Below the pieces are notes generated by a model. It searched no databases and was not told the origin of the DNA. It saw only the letters and a program-made list of their open reading frames with translations. A stretch of 44,198 bases of DNA from IMG/VR virus record IMGVR_UViG_3300024331_000257, positions 1-44,198 of that record, one strand, 5' to 3'. Source of the stretch: a virus (taxonomy: Duplodnaviria; Caudoviricetes). A program made the translations under genes and the position numbers. This document shows positions 36,141 through 43,620 of this stretch, one piece after another (position 1 is the first letter of the stretch; every line of letters starts with the position of its first letter).

Positions 36141-37860
36141 CGTCATCGTCTCCTTCGTCCATCGCTTCCTGAAACAGGTCGCAGCCCCGGTCCGGCGCAT
36201 CGACTAGGATGTACCGGGCCCGGCAAAATCCCTTCCCGGCACGCACGATAAAGTTCGCGCACCCGCCGCACGTCTCGCCGTCGTCCGGCTTTTCAAAGTG
36301 CTCGGGCAGCCGGTCCCGGATCTGCTGGGTCATGGCGTTCGGGGATTTCTTCCTGGCGTCCGCCCCCGGCGCCACCTCGTCCGGCGAGGACAGGTCGAGC
36401 ATCTTCCAGGTCTGTCCGCCCTTGCCGTAACAGAGCATCACCGCCTCGGCGATATCGGGCGAATCGGCGCCGCGCTCCTCCATCGCGTCCTCCTTCGACT
36501 CGATCTCGATCTGCCCGCGGGCGTTGTGCTCGTAGAGAATGCCGGCGAGCTGGCCGATCGCCTCCTCCAGGTCCTCGGGGTCGATCGTCTCGGCGAAGAT
36601 GACATCGCCGTCCTGGAAGCACTGGCGCAGGCCCCAGTACAGCTCGGCTTTCAGGTTCTTGTACTTCTCCGGATCGCTCGAGGCCTCGCCCACGTTCACG
36701 TCGAAGACGGGGAATCCCGCGTCCTCGAGGTGGCGCGCCATGTAGTAGCCGATCCCCACGGCGTCGACTTTGAGGACCTCGAGGCGCTGCTTCAGCGGCC
36801 GGAGCGTCTGCACGACCTCGCCGCGCGGGTCCCGCTGCGCCCAACGGTAGAGCGCTGTCAAGGTGGGTCCATCGCGCAGCGCCAATACGGTCTCCGCCTC
36901 GCCGGGCCCGGCGACGTCCAGGCCGCCGCGCGGCCGCTTGCCCAAGATGGGTTTCCGCCGCCGCGCGGCCTCGAGCCACGCCAGCGAGATCAGCGCGTTG
37001 TCGGCCTGGGTCGGAAAGTCGCCGAGGACCTTGGCATCCCACAGGGGATGGCCCTCGCCCCATTTGTGCCACTTGTCCTTCACCCAGCGCCGCGTGGTGA
37101 GATACGGGCGCTGCGCCTCGGCGAGTTGCTCGTCGCTGCACGCCAGGAGTCTTGCCAGGGTCTGCTTCCACGGCTCCTGCGGATCCGTGCGCAGACCGGC
37201 GAAGTTCGGCGTATCGAAGGCGCTGATGGTGATGGTGTTGTACAGCTTTCGGTGCTTGGTGAACGCGTCGTAGAAATGGCCGCTCGGAATGATCGGGTTG
37301 CCGAGCCCGAGAATGCGGACGTCACCGCCGGCGGCGATGCCTTCGATCGCTTCCCAGATGTCCCCTTTGACGCCGGGAGCCTCGTCCACGACGATCAGGA
37401 CGCGCCCATGGAACCCCTGGAACCGCACGCCCTCGTTGGTCGAGATCCCGATCGCATAGTTCTCGGCGTTGTGCTCCAGGGCCGTCGTATGCACCGTGGG
37501 AAAGCGGATCCGCCCGCGGTGCGTGGCTCGGTTGATCTCGCCCCAGAGAATCCGCCGCACCTGCGTCCAGGTGGGCGCCGTGGTGATGACGATGCCGTCC
37601 GGGTAGCGGACCAGCCACCAGAGGACCGCACAGGCGCCCACGAATGACTTCCCGGACGCGTGGCAGGCCTTCACGAACGTCGGCGTCTGCGACGTCGCCA
37701 CGGACTGCAGGACCTGCTCCTGCACCGGCCACGGGTCGGCGCGCAGAAAGACCCGGGTGAAACGCACCGGGTCTTCGATCGTGCGGATCCACTCAGCGCG
37801 TTGTTCTGGGGAGAGGAGTGCCGCCGGCGAGGGGGACGTCGGCTTCGAGTCGTTTCGCAT
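36133..37860 (-). CDS. terL: Terminase large subunit
   Basis: Walker A KACHASGKS, Walker B LIVVDEA, LGNP coupling motif; nuclease motifs GLDVA, VDA.GIG and SPD.AEA. Confidence 0.95.
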   Translation of the reverse strand: MRNDSKPTSPSPAALLSPEQRAEWIRTIEDPVRFTRVFLRADPWPVQEQVLQSVATSQTPTFVKACHASGKSFVGACAVLWWLVRYPDGIVITTAPTWTQVRRILWGEINRATHRGRIRFPTVHTTALEHNAENYAIGISTNEGVRFQGFHGRVLIVVDEAPGVKGDIWEAIEGIAAGGDVRILGLGNPIIPSGHFYDAFTKHRKLYNTITISAFDTPNFAGLRTDPQEPWKQTLARLLACSDEQLAEAQRPYLTTRRWVKDKWHKWGEGHPLWDAKVLGDFPTQADNALISLAWLEAARRRKPILGKRPRGGLDVAGPGEAETVLALRDGPTLTALYRWAQRDPRGEVVQTLRPLKQRLEVLKVDAVGIGYYMARHLEDAGFPVFDVNVGEASSDPEKYKNLKAELYWGLRQCFQDGDVIFAETIDPEDLEEAIGQLAGILYEHNARGQIEIESKEDAMEERGADSPDIAEAVMLCYGKGGQTWKMLDLSSPDEVAPGADARKKSPNAMTQQIRDRLPEHFEKPDDGETCGGCANFIVRAGKGFCRARYILVDAPDRGCDLFQEAMDEGDDDDE

Positions 37861-38521
37861 CCAGGTAGATCTTCTGCACGAGGGTCAGGCTGATCTTGTC
37901 GTCGCCGTCGGGGTCGCCATCCCCTCCGGATCCCCGTCGCCCCGCGCTGATCACGCCGGTGTGTTCCGCGAGTAATCGGAGCGCCGGCAGGCGCGGCTCG
38001 AGCTTCACATGCTTCGAGGAAATCTCCAGGACGGCCGGGTGATCATCAGCGGCCACCTGGTCGCTCGGCACGACCGTGACCTCGATCGGGTCGGGAACGA
38101 GGGCGTCGTCGAAGGGCACTTCGCGCGTCCCACCGTCGTCACACGGCACGATGTTGACCGCTCGCTCCGCCGGGCGCCAGCGTACGAACTGCCGCATCTC
38201 GGCGAACGCGATCCGGGCGAGCTGCAGGACGACGCGGTCGGCCGTCACCCGGGTGCGCGCGTTGCGCTCCTCCTGGAGCTTCGCGATCGCCGCCTCAATG
38301 TTGCGTCGGGTTAACAGGCGGCAGCCCTGCGACCGTGCGCTCTTCGCGGAGTAGCCTGCCCGGATCGCCGCGTGCGTGGCGTTGAGGTCCACGAGGTACT
38401 GCCGCGTGAACTCGGCTTCCTGTGGGGTCAGCGCCTGCGCATCAACTTTGCGCCTCGCGACGGGGCGCTGCGTGCGTGTACGAGGCTGTTTAGGCGTCGG
38501 TCGCGACTGCCGCTTGCTCAT
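37793..38521 (-). CDS. terS: Terminase small subunit
   Basis: LTPQE..F..QYLVDLNATHAAIRAGYS.KSA...G.RLL signature. Confidence 0.93.
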   Translation of the reverse strand: MSKRQSRPTPKQPRTRTQRPVARRKVDAQALTPQEAEFTRQYLVDLNATHAAIRAGYSAKSARSQGCRLLTRRNIEAAIAKLQEERNARTRVTADRVVLQLARIAFAEMRQFVRWRPAERAVNIVPCDDGGTREVPFDDALVPDPIEVTVVPSDQVAADDHPAVLEISSKHVKLEPRLPALRLLAEHTGVISAGRRGSGGDGDPDGDDKISLTLVQKIYLDAKRLEADVPLAGGTPLPRTTR

Positions 38522-38991
38522 CGCGGCCCGGGGACTGCAGAGACGGTGGGTTCGTCCTCCCGTTTTCGTGCGGCTTGCCGCACCCGCATGCGTTCGGCGG
38601 CCGCGGCGCGCGCTTCAGAAGTCCAGACGGGCTTTTTACGTGCGGCGTGAAGAGCGGCAAGATCCGCGGCCAGCACGAGGTCGACGCCGAGGCTCACGAG
38701 AAACCGCTGGCAGGCGCGGACCACAGCGGCGATGTTCACATCCGCGGTGCTTTCGCGCTGGCCGCGGCGCAACCGAATGCGCAAGGATCCGCCGGTGTTA
38801 CGGACAAAGCAGAGCTCGAGACCATCGGTCAGCGCGCCCGGAGAAGATGTCGCCAGGAAATGGTCCCACTGCCGCTCCGTCCACCGATCCACGCGTTTGG
38901 TCTTCTGTCCCCGCCTCTCATAGTGCCATTTCTCGCGGCCTTGTTCCAAACCGACGTGGGCGCTGACCGAGGCGGCGAGCGCATCTCGCAC
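38518..38991 (-). CDS. Hypothetical protein
   Basis: 157 aa filling the gap between the replication gene and terS. Confidence 0.55.
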   Translation of the reverse strand: MRDALAASVSAHVGLEQGREKWHYERRGQKTKRVDRWTERQWDHFLATSSPGALTDGLELCFVRNTGGSLRIRLRRGQRESTADVNIAAVVRACQRFLVSLGVDLVLAADLAALHAARKKPVWTSEARAAAAERMRVRQAARKREDEPTVSAVPGPR

Positions 38992-38994
38992 GCG

Positions 38995-40065
38995 CTACCC
39001 CGCGCGTTGTGCCGCGGGATAGCCGGCCTGCGCAATCGCCGCGGAGTCGCCGCGTTCGGCGAGATATTCCTGGAGCTTGTGCGTGAAGAGGCCGCCCGGG
39101 TTGTGGATGTTGTTGCCGGGCATCGCGAGCAGCGCCCGCACGTCGCTCAGGGCCCGGCGAAACGCCACCGTATCCGGTAGGCGCGCGAGCAGCTGGCGGT
39201 ACCAGGCCTCGTGGCCGGCGGGGTCGAACACGTCGCGGATCTCGCCGAGAAGCGCGTCGACCGATTCGGCCCGATGCGGCGGCCGCCGCGGGAGCCCGGC
39301 GACGCGGGTGACCACATCCTCGAGGGGCTCGATCGACTCCGCTACTTCCTCCCGGCTCCCCGGCTTTTCTTGAAGGCCACTGCCACTGTCACTCGCGCTG
39401 GCGTTGAGGAGAGGGGTAGTGGGAGTGGAGTTAAGAGAAGAAGCAGAAGCAGAAGAAGAAGCAGAAGAGGAGCGGATATCCGTGTGACTCACGGGAGTGT
39501 CACGCGTGACACGAGCGTGACTCCTGCGTGACCGGTGCGGACGATCGGCGGAGAGCGGCGTCACCGATCCAGAGGCCCGCTCTTCGCGGAGCCTTTCTCG
39601 GCGGCGCCGCTGGCGTAAACGATCAGCAATGCGGCGTTTTTGTGGGCTCCCGCAATGCTCGCCGTAGCGGGGGATACTCACCCCACGCTCATCGATGAGG
39701 AGCCAGTCGGTCTCTGCCAGGGCGGCGGCAAAGCCGGCAATGCCGCTGATTTCGTCGACGATCTCGGCGGTGATCAGCTGCAACCTACCCACAGGGGACG
39801 GACACGATACAAGTGGCTCCTCGGACTCGACACCGGTGTCACGCGATGTCACGCGTGACGCGAGCGTGACAGATGCGGACGCGCCTGTGACCGTTCCCGG
39901 GCAGCCGCATCCAGGCCCGTGCATCAACCTGGCGTGCTCATCGGCGTAGGCCCAGAGTGCAAAGCAACCCCCGCACACGAGTGCCGGGTGCATGCGAAGC
40001 CGACGCGAGACATGGAGCACGTGCGGGTCCCTGAGCAGTTCATTGCGTAAATTCGTGCGCCCCAT
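38995..40065 (-). CDS. Phage replication initiator (replisome-organiser-like)
   Basis: N-terminal L.RDP.V..., LW.YADEH, FA.AL...WL; basic R-rich helix; poly-Ser linker; internal repeats. Confidence 0.7.
   Translation of the reverse strand: MGRTNLRNELLRDPHVLHVSRRLRMHPALVCGGCFALWAYADEHARLMHGPGCGCPGTVTGASASVTLASRVTSRDTGVESEEPLVSCPSPVGRLQLITAEIVDEISGIAGFAAALAETDWLLIDERGVSIPRYGEHCGSPQKRRIADRLRQRRRRERLREERASGSVTPLSADRPHRSRRSHARVTRDTPVSHTDIRSSSASSSASASSLNSTPTTPLLNASASDSGSGLQEKPGSREEVAESIEPLEDVVTRVAGLPRRPPHRAESVDALLGEIRDVFDPAGHEAWYRQLLARLPDTVAFRRALSDVRALLAMPGNNIHNPGGLFTHKLQEYLAERGDSAAIAQAGYPAAQRAG
39497..39870. repeat. GTCACGCGTGAC palindromes and GCGTGAC half-sites (candidate origin iterons)
   Basis: 16-bp palindrome at 39497-39512, 12-bp copy at 39848-39859, several half-sites, and an adjacent purine tract at about 39434-39472. 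Confidence 0.5.
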
Positions 40066-40107
40066 TGTTCCGTCCCTTCTCGTTCCGTCAGTTCGCCATC
40101 CCGCCGT

Positions 40108-40669
40108 TCACGGCCGAAACTCCAGCAGAGACAGCACCGCGACGTTCGCGCAGGTGTGCGACCCGATGAGCACCGTCTCGACGAGCTCCCACCCCGAGGC
40201 TCGCGGTATCCAGGGCGCCTTGAAGATGATGCGCCGGCGTGCCACCCGCGCGATCTCCCGCTGCAGGTAGATGCGCAGTGGGTACTCCAGGCCGTAGATC
40301 GGGTCGCAAGCGACGGTGTCGAAGGCACTCGCGCGAAAGGGCAGGTCGTATTGGTCGGCCACAATACTGGCTCCCTCGGCGCGGAGCTGGACGCCCTGGG
40401 CGGACGCATCCTCGGCAAACAAAGCCAGCTGGTGGCGCTGCCCCCCCCCCGAAGCCTGGCGCCGCGCGATCACGATCCACACGCACGGTTCCGAGAAGCG
40501 AGCCGCCGGCGCAGACCTGCAGGAGCGTCCCGGTGCGCCAGCGCGCCACGTACTCGTCCCAACGGCTGCCCGAATACGCCGGCCGATACCAGTGCTTCGA
40601 ACCCGCGGCGCGGCCGTCGGAGTGCCCGCGGACCTGACCGGCGTGACGTACGCGCGCAAGCGTCGCCAT
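40108..40669 (-). pseudogene. SAM-dependent (probably DNA) methyltransferase frameshifted at a G10 tract
   Basis: Motif I-like LLQVCAGGS lies in one frame; DLPF...FDTVACDPIY lies in another. The frames join if G10 (40441-40450) becomes G9. Confidence 0.75.
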
Positions 40670-40670
40670 C

Positions 40671-41246
40671 TCAGGCCGCCTGCTGTTCGTGGGTGAGGAG
40701 CGCCCAGGCCCCGAGGTACTGCCAGAGCTTCGAACTGCGCCGCTGCGTCCGCGGCAAATATAGGAGCGTCTTCGCCGTCCACGCACCGTCGGGGACGATC
40801 AACACCTCGCAGGTGCCGCTGGCGGCGACCAAGAGCCAGAAATCCGGATGGACGCGATCGCCGTGCTGATGCAGGTTGAAGAAGAAGCCGCGGTACCGGT
40901 AGCGGTACGAGACGCCCTTCACGCGCACCGACGTTGCATGCAGGCAGGCGCGAGAGGTGCGTACGCCCACGCGTAGGCCACCGCCGAGCAGGAGGGCGCC
41001 GTCGACCTCGCGCACCACGAGTCCGCGGCGCCGCAGCTCTCGCGCTGCCCAGCGCCGTCCCCAGAGGCCGAGGCCGATCCGGTCACCGTGGCGCCGTGAG
41101 TACTCCCAGCGCGCGTGGCGATCGATCTCGGCTTGTCGGTGGGCTCGACAGACGCCGCGGCGGGCCGGACGGCGACAGTACACACAGCGCCCGGCGCGCC
41201 GGTGGCGGCTCCGGTACCGCTCGCGTTTGTCCGTTCCTGCCGCCAC
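40671..41246 (-). CDS. Hypothetical protein with N-terminal CxxC..CxxH, possible nuclease-like C-terminus
   Basis: CVYC...VCRAH; FFFNL...PDFWLLV...VLIVP. Confidence 0.55.
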   Translation of the reverse strand: MAAGTDKRERYRSRHRRAGRCVYCRRPARRGVCRAHRQAEIDRHARWEYSRRHGDRIGLGLWGRRWAARELRRRGLVVREVDGALLLGGGLRVGVRTSRACLHATSVRVKGVSYRYRYRGFFFNLHQHGDRVHPDFWLLVAASGTCEVLIVPDGAWTAKTLLYLPRTQRRSSKLWQYLGAWALLTHEQQAA

Positions 41247-41338
41247 AGCCGCACCCGTGATCCGGGATTACTGAACGGGAAGGGAGGAAGAGGAAAGGCG
41301 GGGACTGCGAGGGCTCAGGAGGGTAGGCCGCGGGGAAG

Positions 41339-41525
41339 AGTAGCACCGAAAGTTGCACCGCGGGTCCGAAATCTTCAAGCGGCGAGCGGGTTGTGGACAC
41401 GCTCTCCAGGCGTGCACCTTCGGCCGCTCGGTCACCTCTCCGTACGCAAGATCAAGCATTCCTTACCTCCCGCCGTCAACCAGTTTCACTGCTTTTCAGA
41501 CGAAACCGCACCGCGAACCGCACCG
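41339..41525. other. Putative attP: tRNA-derived core with paired arm-type repeats on both sides
   Basis: AGTAGCACCG-aa-AGTTGCACCG at 41339-41360 and AACCGCACCG-cg-AACCGCACCG at 41504-41525 flank the core; adjacent to the int 3' end. Confidence 0.8.
41397..41441 (-). tRNA. 5' half fragment of tRNA-Ser(GGA), not a full tRNA
   Basis: GGAGAGG-TG-ACC-GAGCGGCCGAA-GGT-G-CACGC-CTGGAGA-GCGTG-T: acceptor 5' strand, D-arm and anticodon arm. No T-arm or acceptor 3' strand follows. Confidence 0.85.
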
Positions 41526-42571
41526 GTGCTGGTAACCAAATTCGGTCCCGTTACCAGGCCGAGCTGCTCCCACAGATGATCCTGAAACTGCGCCACCACC
41601 GGGTCCTCGAGGTAGAGGTAGCGCTGCGTCGAGCTCAGGTGCTGGTGACCCAACAGCCGCTGCGCGATACTCGCAGGCTGCCCGGCGGCGATGCTCATGC
41701 TGCCGGCCCACCGCCGGATGTCGTGGTAGCCGTAGCGCGGGATCTCGGCGCGTTTGCACGTGTCCCGCAGTCGCTTCATTGCCGCATCGTGCTGCTGCTC
41801 GCCCCGGGGTCCTGGGAACACCCTGGTATCGCTGGCCCCGTCCGCGAGCTGCTGGCGGAGCGCCTCGATCGCGGCCGCCGGCAGGTGCTGCCGAAAGAGC
41901 CGCTCGCCCCCGCCACGGTTCTTCCGCGACCGGATGAGGCAGTAGCCCCGCTCGAGATGGAGATCGCCCGGCTGGAGGCGCGCCAAGCCGATCCAGCGCA
42001 CACCCGTGAGCGCCATCACGATCAGCAAGCGCTGGAACCGGGGCGTGGCCGCGACCAGGAGCCGGCGCAGGTGCTCGGTCGCAATCGGGCGCAGCGGCTC
42101 CTGCGACTCGGGCATGCGGGCCGTCGGGGTCACCGGGTTCCCCTCCAAGGCCTTCAGCCGAACGCCGTAGGCGAACACGGCGTGGAGGATCTTGCGCATC
42201 TCGTTGACGGTCCGCGGCTTGCGCCGGCGCCCTTCGGTGTGCACCCGTTGCAGGACCGCCACGACGTCCGCCGGCGTGATCTCGTCCGGGCGGAGCGTGT
42301 CCCAATCCTCGCACCACCGGTTCAGCTTCGCCTGGCATTGGATCACCCAATCCTCACGCTTGGTTCTCAGCCCTTCGGCGATCCAGCTCTTGACGAGTGC
42401 GGCGAATGTCGGAAACGGTGCCGTACGGTTTGCGCGGATGGCGCGCCGGCGATCGACCGCGGCGTCGTTCGCTGCCTGCTTCGTCGAGAACCCGCGCTGC
42501 ACGTACCGGCGGCCGCGCAGCTGAAAGTGGTAGCGGTAGCTCTTCGTGTCCTTGTCCCAGCTGACCGTCAT
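41486..42571 (-). CDS. int: Tyrosine integrase
   Basis: Arm-binding N-terminus (YRYHF..RG.RY..RGF.TK..A). Catalytic residues: R (TGVR), K, HxxR (HDIR), H (LLGH), Y (TQRY). GAGGG RBS before ATG 42571. Confidence 0.95.
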   Translation of the reverse strand: MTVSWDKDTKSYRYHFQLRGRRYVQRGFSTKQAANDAAVDRRRAIRANRTAPFPTFAALVKSWIAEGLRTKREDWVIQCQAKLNRWCEDWDTLRPDEITPADVVAVLQRVHTEGRRRKPRTVNEMRKILHAVFAYGVRLKALEGNPVTPTARMPESQEPLRPIATEHLRRLLVAATPRFQRLLIVMALTGVRWIGLARLQPGDLHLERGYCLIRSRKNRGGGERLFRQHLPAAAIEALRQQLADGASDTRVFPGPRGEQQHDAAMKRLRDTCKRAEIPRYGYHDIRRWAGSMSIAAGQPASIAQRLLGHQHLSSTQRYLYLEDPVVAQFQDHLWEQLGLVTGPNLVTSTGAVRGAVSSEKQ

Positions 42572-42752
42572 CGACGCCCTCCCGCTGCGCGTATTGCTGC
42601 AGGAACGCATCGAACGCGGACGCGAGCACCCGGAGCCGACCGCCAACGCGAAACCACGGGATACGTCGCCTGAGCGACGCTCGCGTAACCGATGCCACCG
42701 GTAACTGCAAGCGCGCGGCGACCTCGGCGGGGGTGAGAACGGACTCGGACAT
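42354..42752 (-). CDS. xis: Excisionase-like HTH protein
   Basis: LTPAEVAARLQL..........IPWFRVGGRLRV; GGAG-free start directly upstream of int; ORF tail overlaps int. Confidence 0.75.
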   Translation of the reverse strand: MSESVLTPAEVAARLQLPVASVTRASLRRRIPWFRVGGRLRVLASAFDAFLQQYAQREGVDDGQLGQGHEELPLPLSAARPPVRAARVLDEAGSERRRGRSPARHPRKPYGTVSDIRRTRQELDRRRAENQA

Positions 42753-42764
42753 GGGAGTGCACGC

Positions 42765-43262
42765 TCAGTCGACGACCTCGCGGGCCTCGGAGAAATGGTG
42801 GCGAGTGTACGGCAGGCGGCCGACGGCGCAGATGTCCTCAAACCGCGTACGCCCGAGTCGAATCCGCGAGTGAATTGTCAAACGGCTGATCCCCGTGCGC
42901 TTGGCCCATTCGCTGATAGTGCAAGTTTCTCCAGTGGCTGGATCAGTCAGCAAGTGCGTGGACGACCTGTTTTCGCACTGCTCCTTCATCGTCGCCCAAC
43001 GACAGTTGTCGGGCGAATATGGTCCGTCGTTGTCCTTGCGCTCGATCGTCAAGCCCGGCACATGCGACGGTCCCATGTCGGCGAGAAAGTTCTCGAACAC
43101 CAGCCACCGCTCACAGACGGTGATTCCGCGGCCACCGTAGCGCGCGTAGTCAGTGCCATCAGGATAAGTGCAGCGCCGGATCATCCCAGCCCACGATTTG
43201 TACACAGGCGAAGTCTTTTTCTTAAACCCGGGGATCCGGACGGGCTTCCTAGTCGACGACAT
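42765..43262 (-). CDS. Free-standing HNH homing endonuclease
   Basis: Y.SW..M..RC...YGGRGITVCERW..FENF.ADMG...TIERKDNDGPYSPDNCRWAT, with a C-terminal HTH (TISEWA..TGI). Confidence 0.88.
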   Translation of the reverse strand: MSSTRKPVRIPGFKKKTSPVYKSWAGMIRRCTYPDGTDYARYGGRGITVCERWLVFENFLADMGPSHVPGLTIERKDNDGPYSPDNCRWATMKEQCENRSSTHLLTDPATGETCTISEWAKRTGISRLTIHSRIRLGRTRFEDICAVGRLPYTRHHFSEAREVVD

Positions 43263-43605
43263 CCCTCGCCTCCTCGTCAAAATGCGAATATTCCTTCACG
43301 ATCCCGACGCGGTATGCACCGGTGTGGCCCGCAAACACCTGCCGGCGCAGCGGCGCGGGTCGGTGCTCTTCGTGCAGCATCTCGGTGTCCGCGCTGACGC
43401 GAAAGCATCGGACCCGGTCGTCGCCCCAGAGCTCGGCGGCGCCGGCGATGCGATGCCGATGGCCGGTCGCCTCGCCGAAGGCGACGACGCCCCCGTTCTC
43501 GATCGCGCGCAGCTTCGGCAGCATTCGGGCGTATTCCTCATCCGTGATCGGAATCAGGCACACGTCGCCTTGCTCCACCCACTCGGGCTCGATTCGTTTC
43601 GTCAT
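43249..43605 (-). CDS. His-motif protein that typically partners DUF6745
   Basis: QGDV...GEATGHRH...HEEH...Y.V....EY......V.D; GAGGAG RBS. Confidence 0.75.
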   Translation of the reverse strand: MTKRIEPEWVEQGDVCLIPITDEEYARMLPKLRAIENGGVVAFGEATGHRHRIAGAAELWGDDRVRCFRVSADTEMLHEEHRPAPLRRQVFAGHTGAYRVGIVKEYSHFDEEARDVVD

Positions 43606-43620
43606 CGCTCTCTCCTCCTC

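Noticed and set aside
41397-41441. Complete functional phage tRNA-Ser
   Set aside because: No variable arm, TTCGA T-loop or acceptor 3' strand downstream; treated as an att core fragment.
41486-42841. 451-aa integrase as given in the ORF track
   Set aside because: The first 90 aa overlap xis and the HNH gene; the RBS and arm-binding domain point to ATG 42571.
42765-43262. Group I intron or intein hosting the HNH
   Set aside because: The flanking genes are complete, with no room for intron core structure and no intein motifs.
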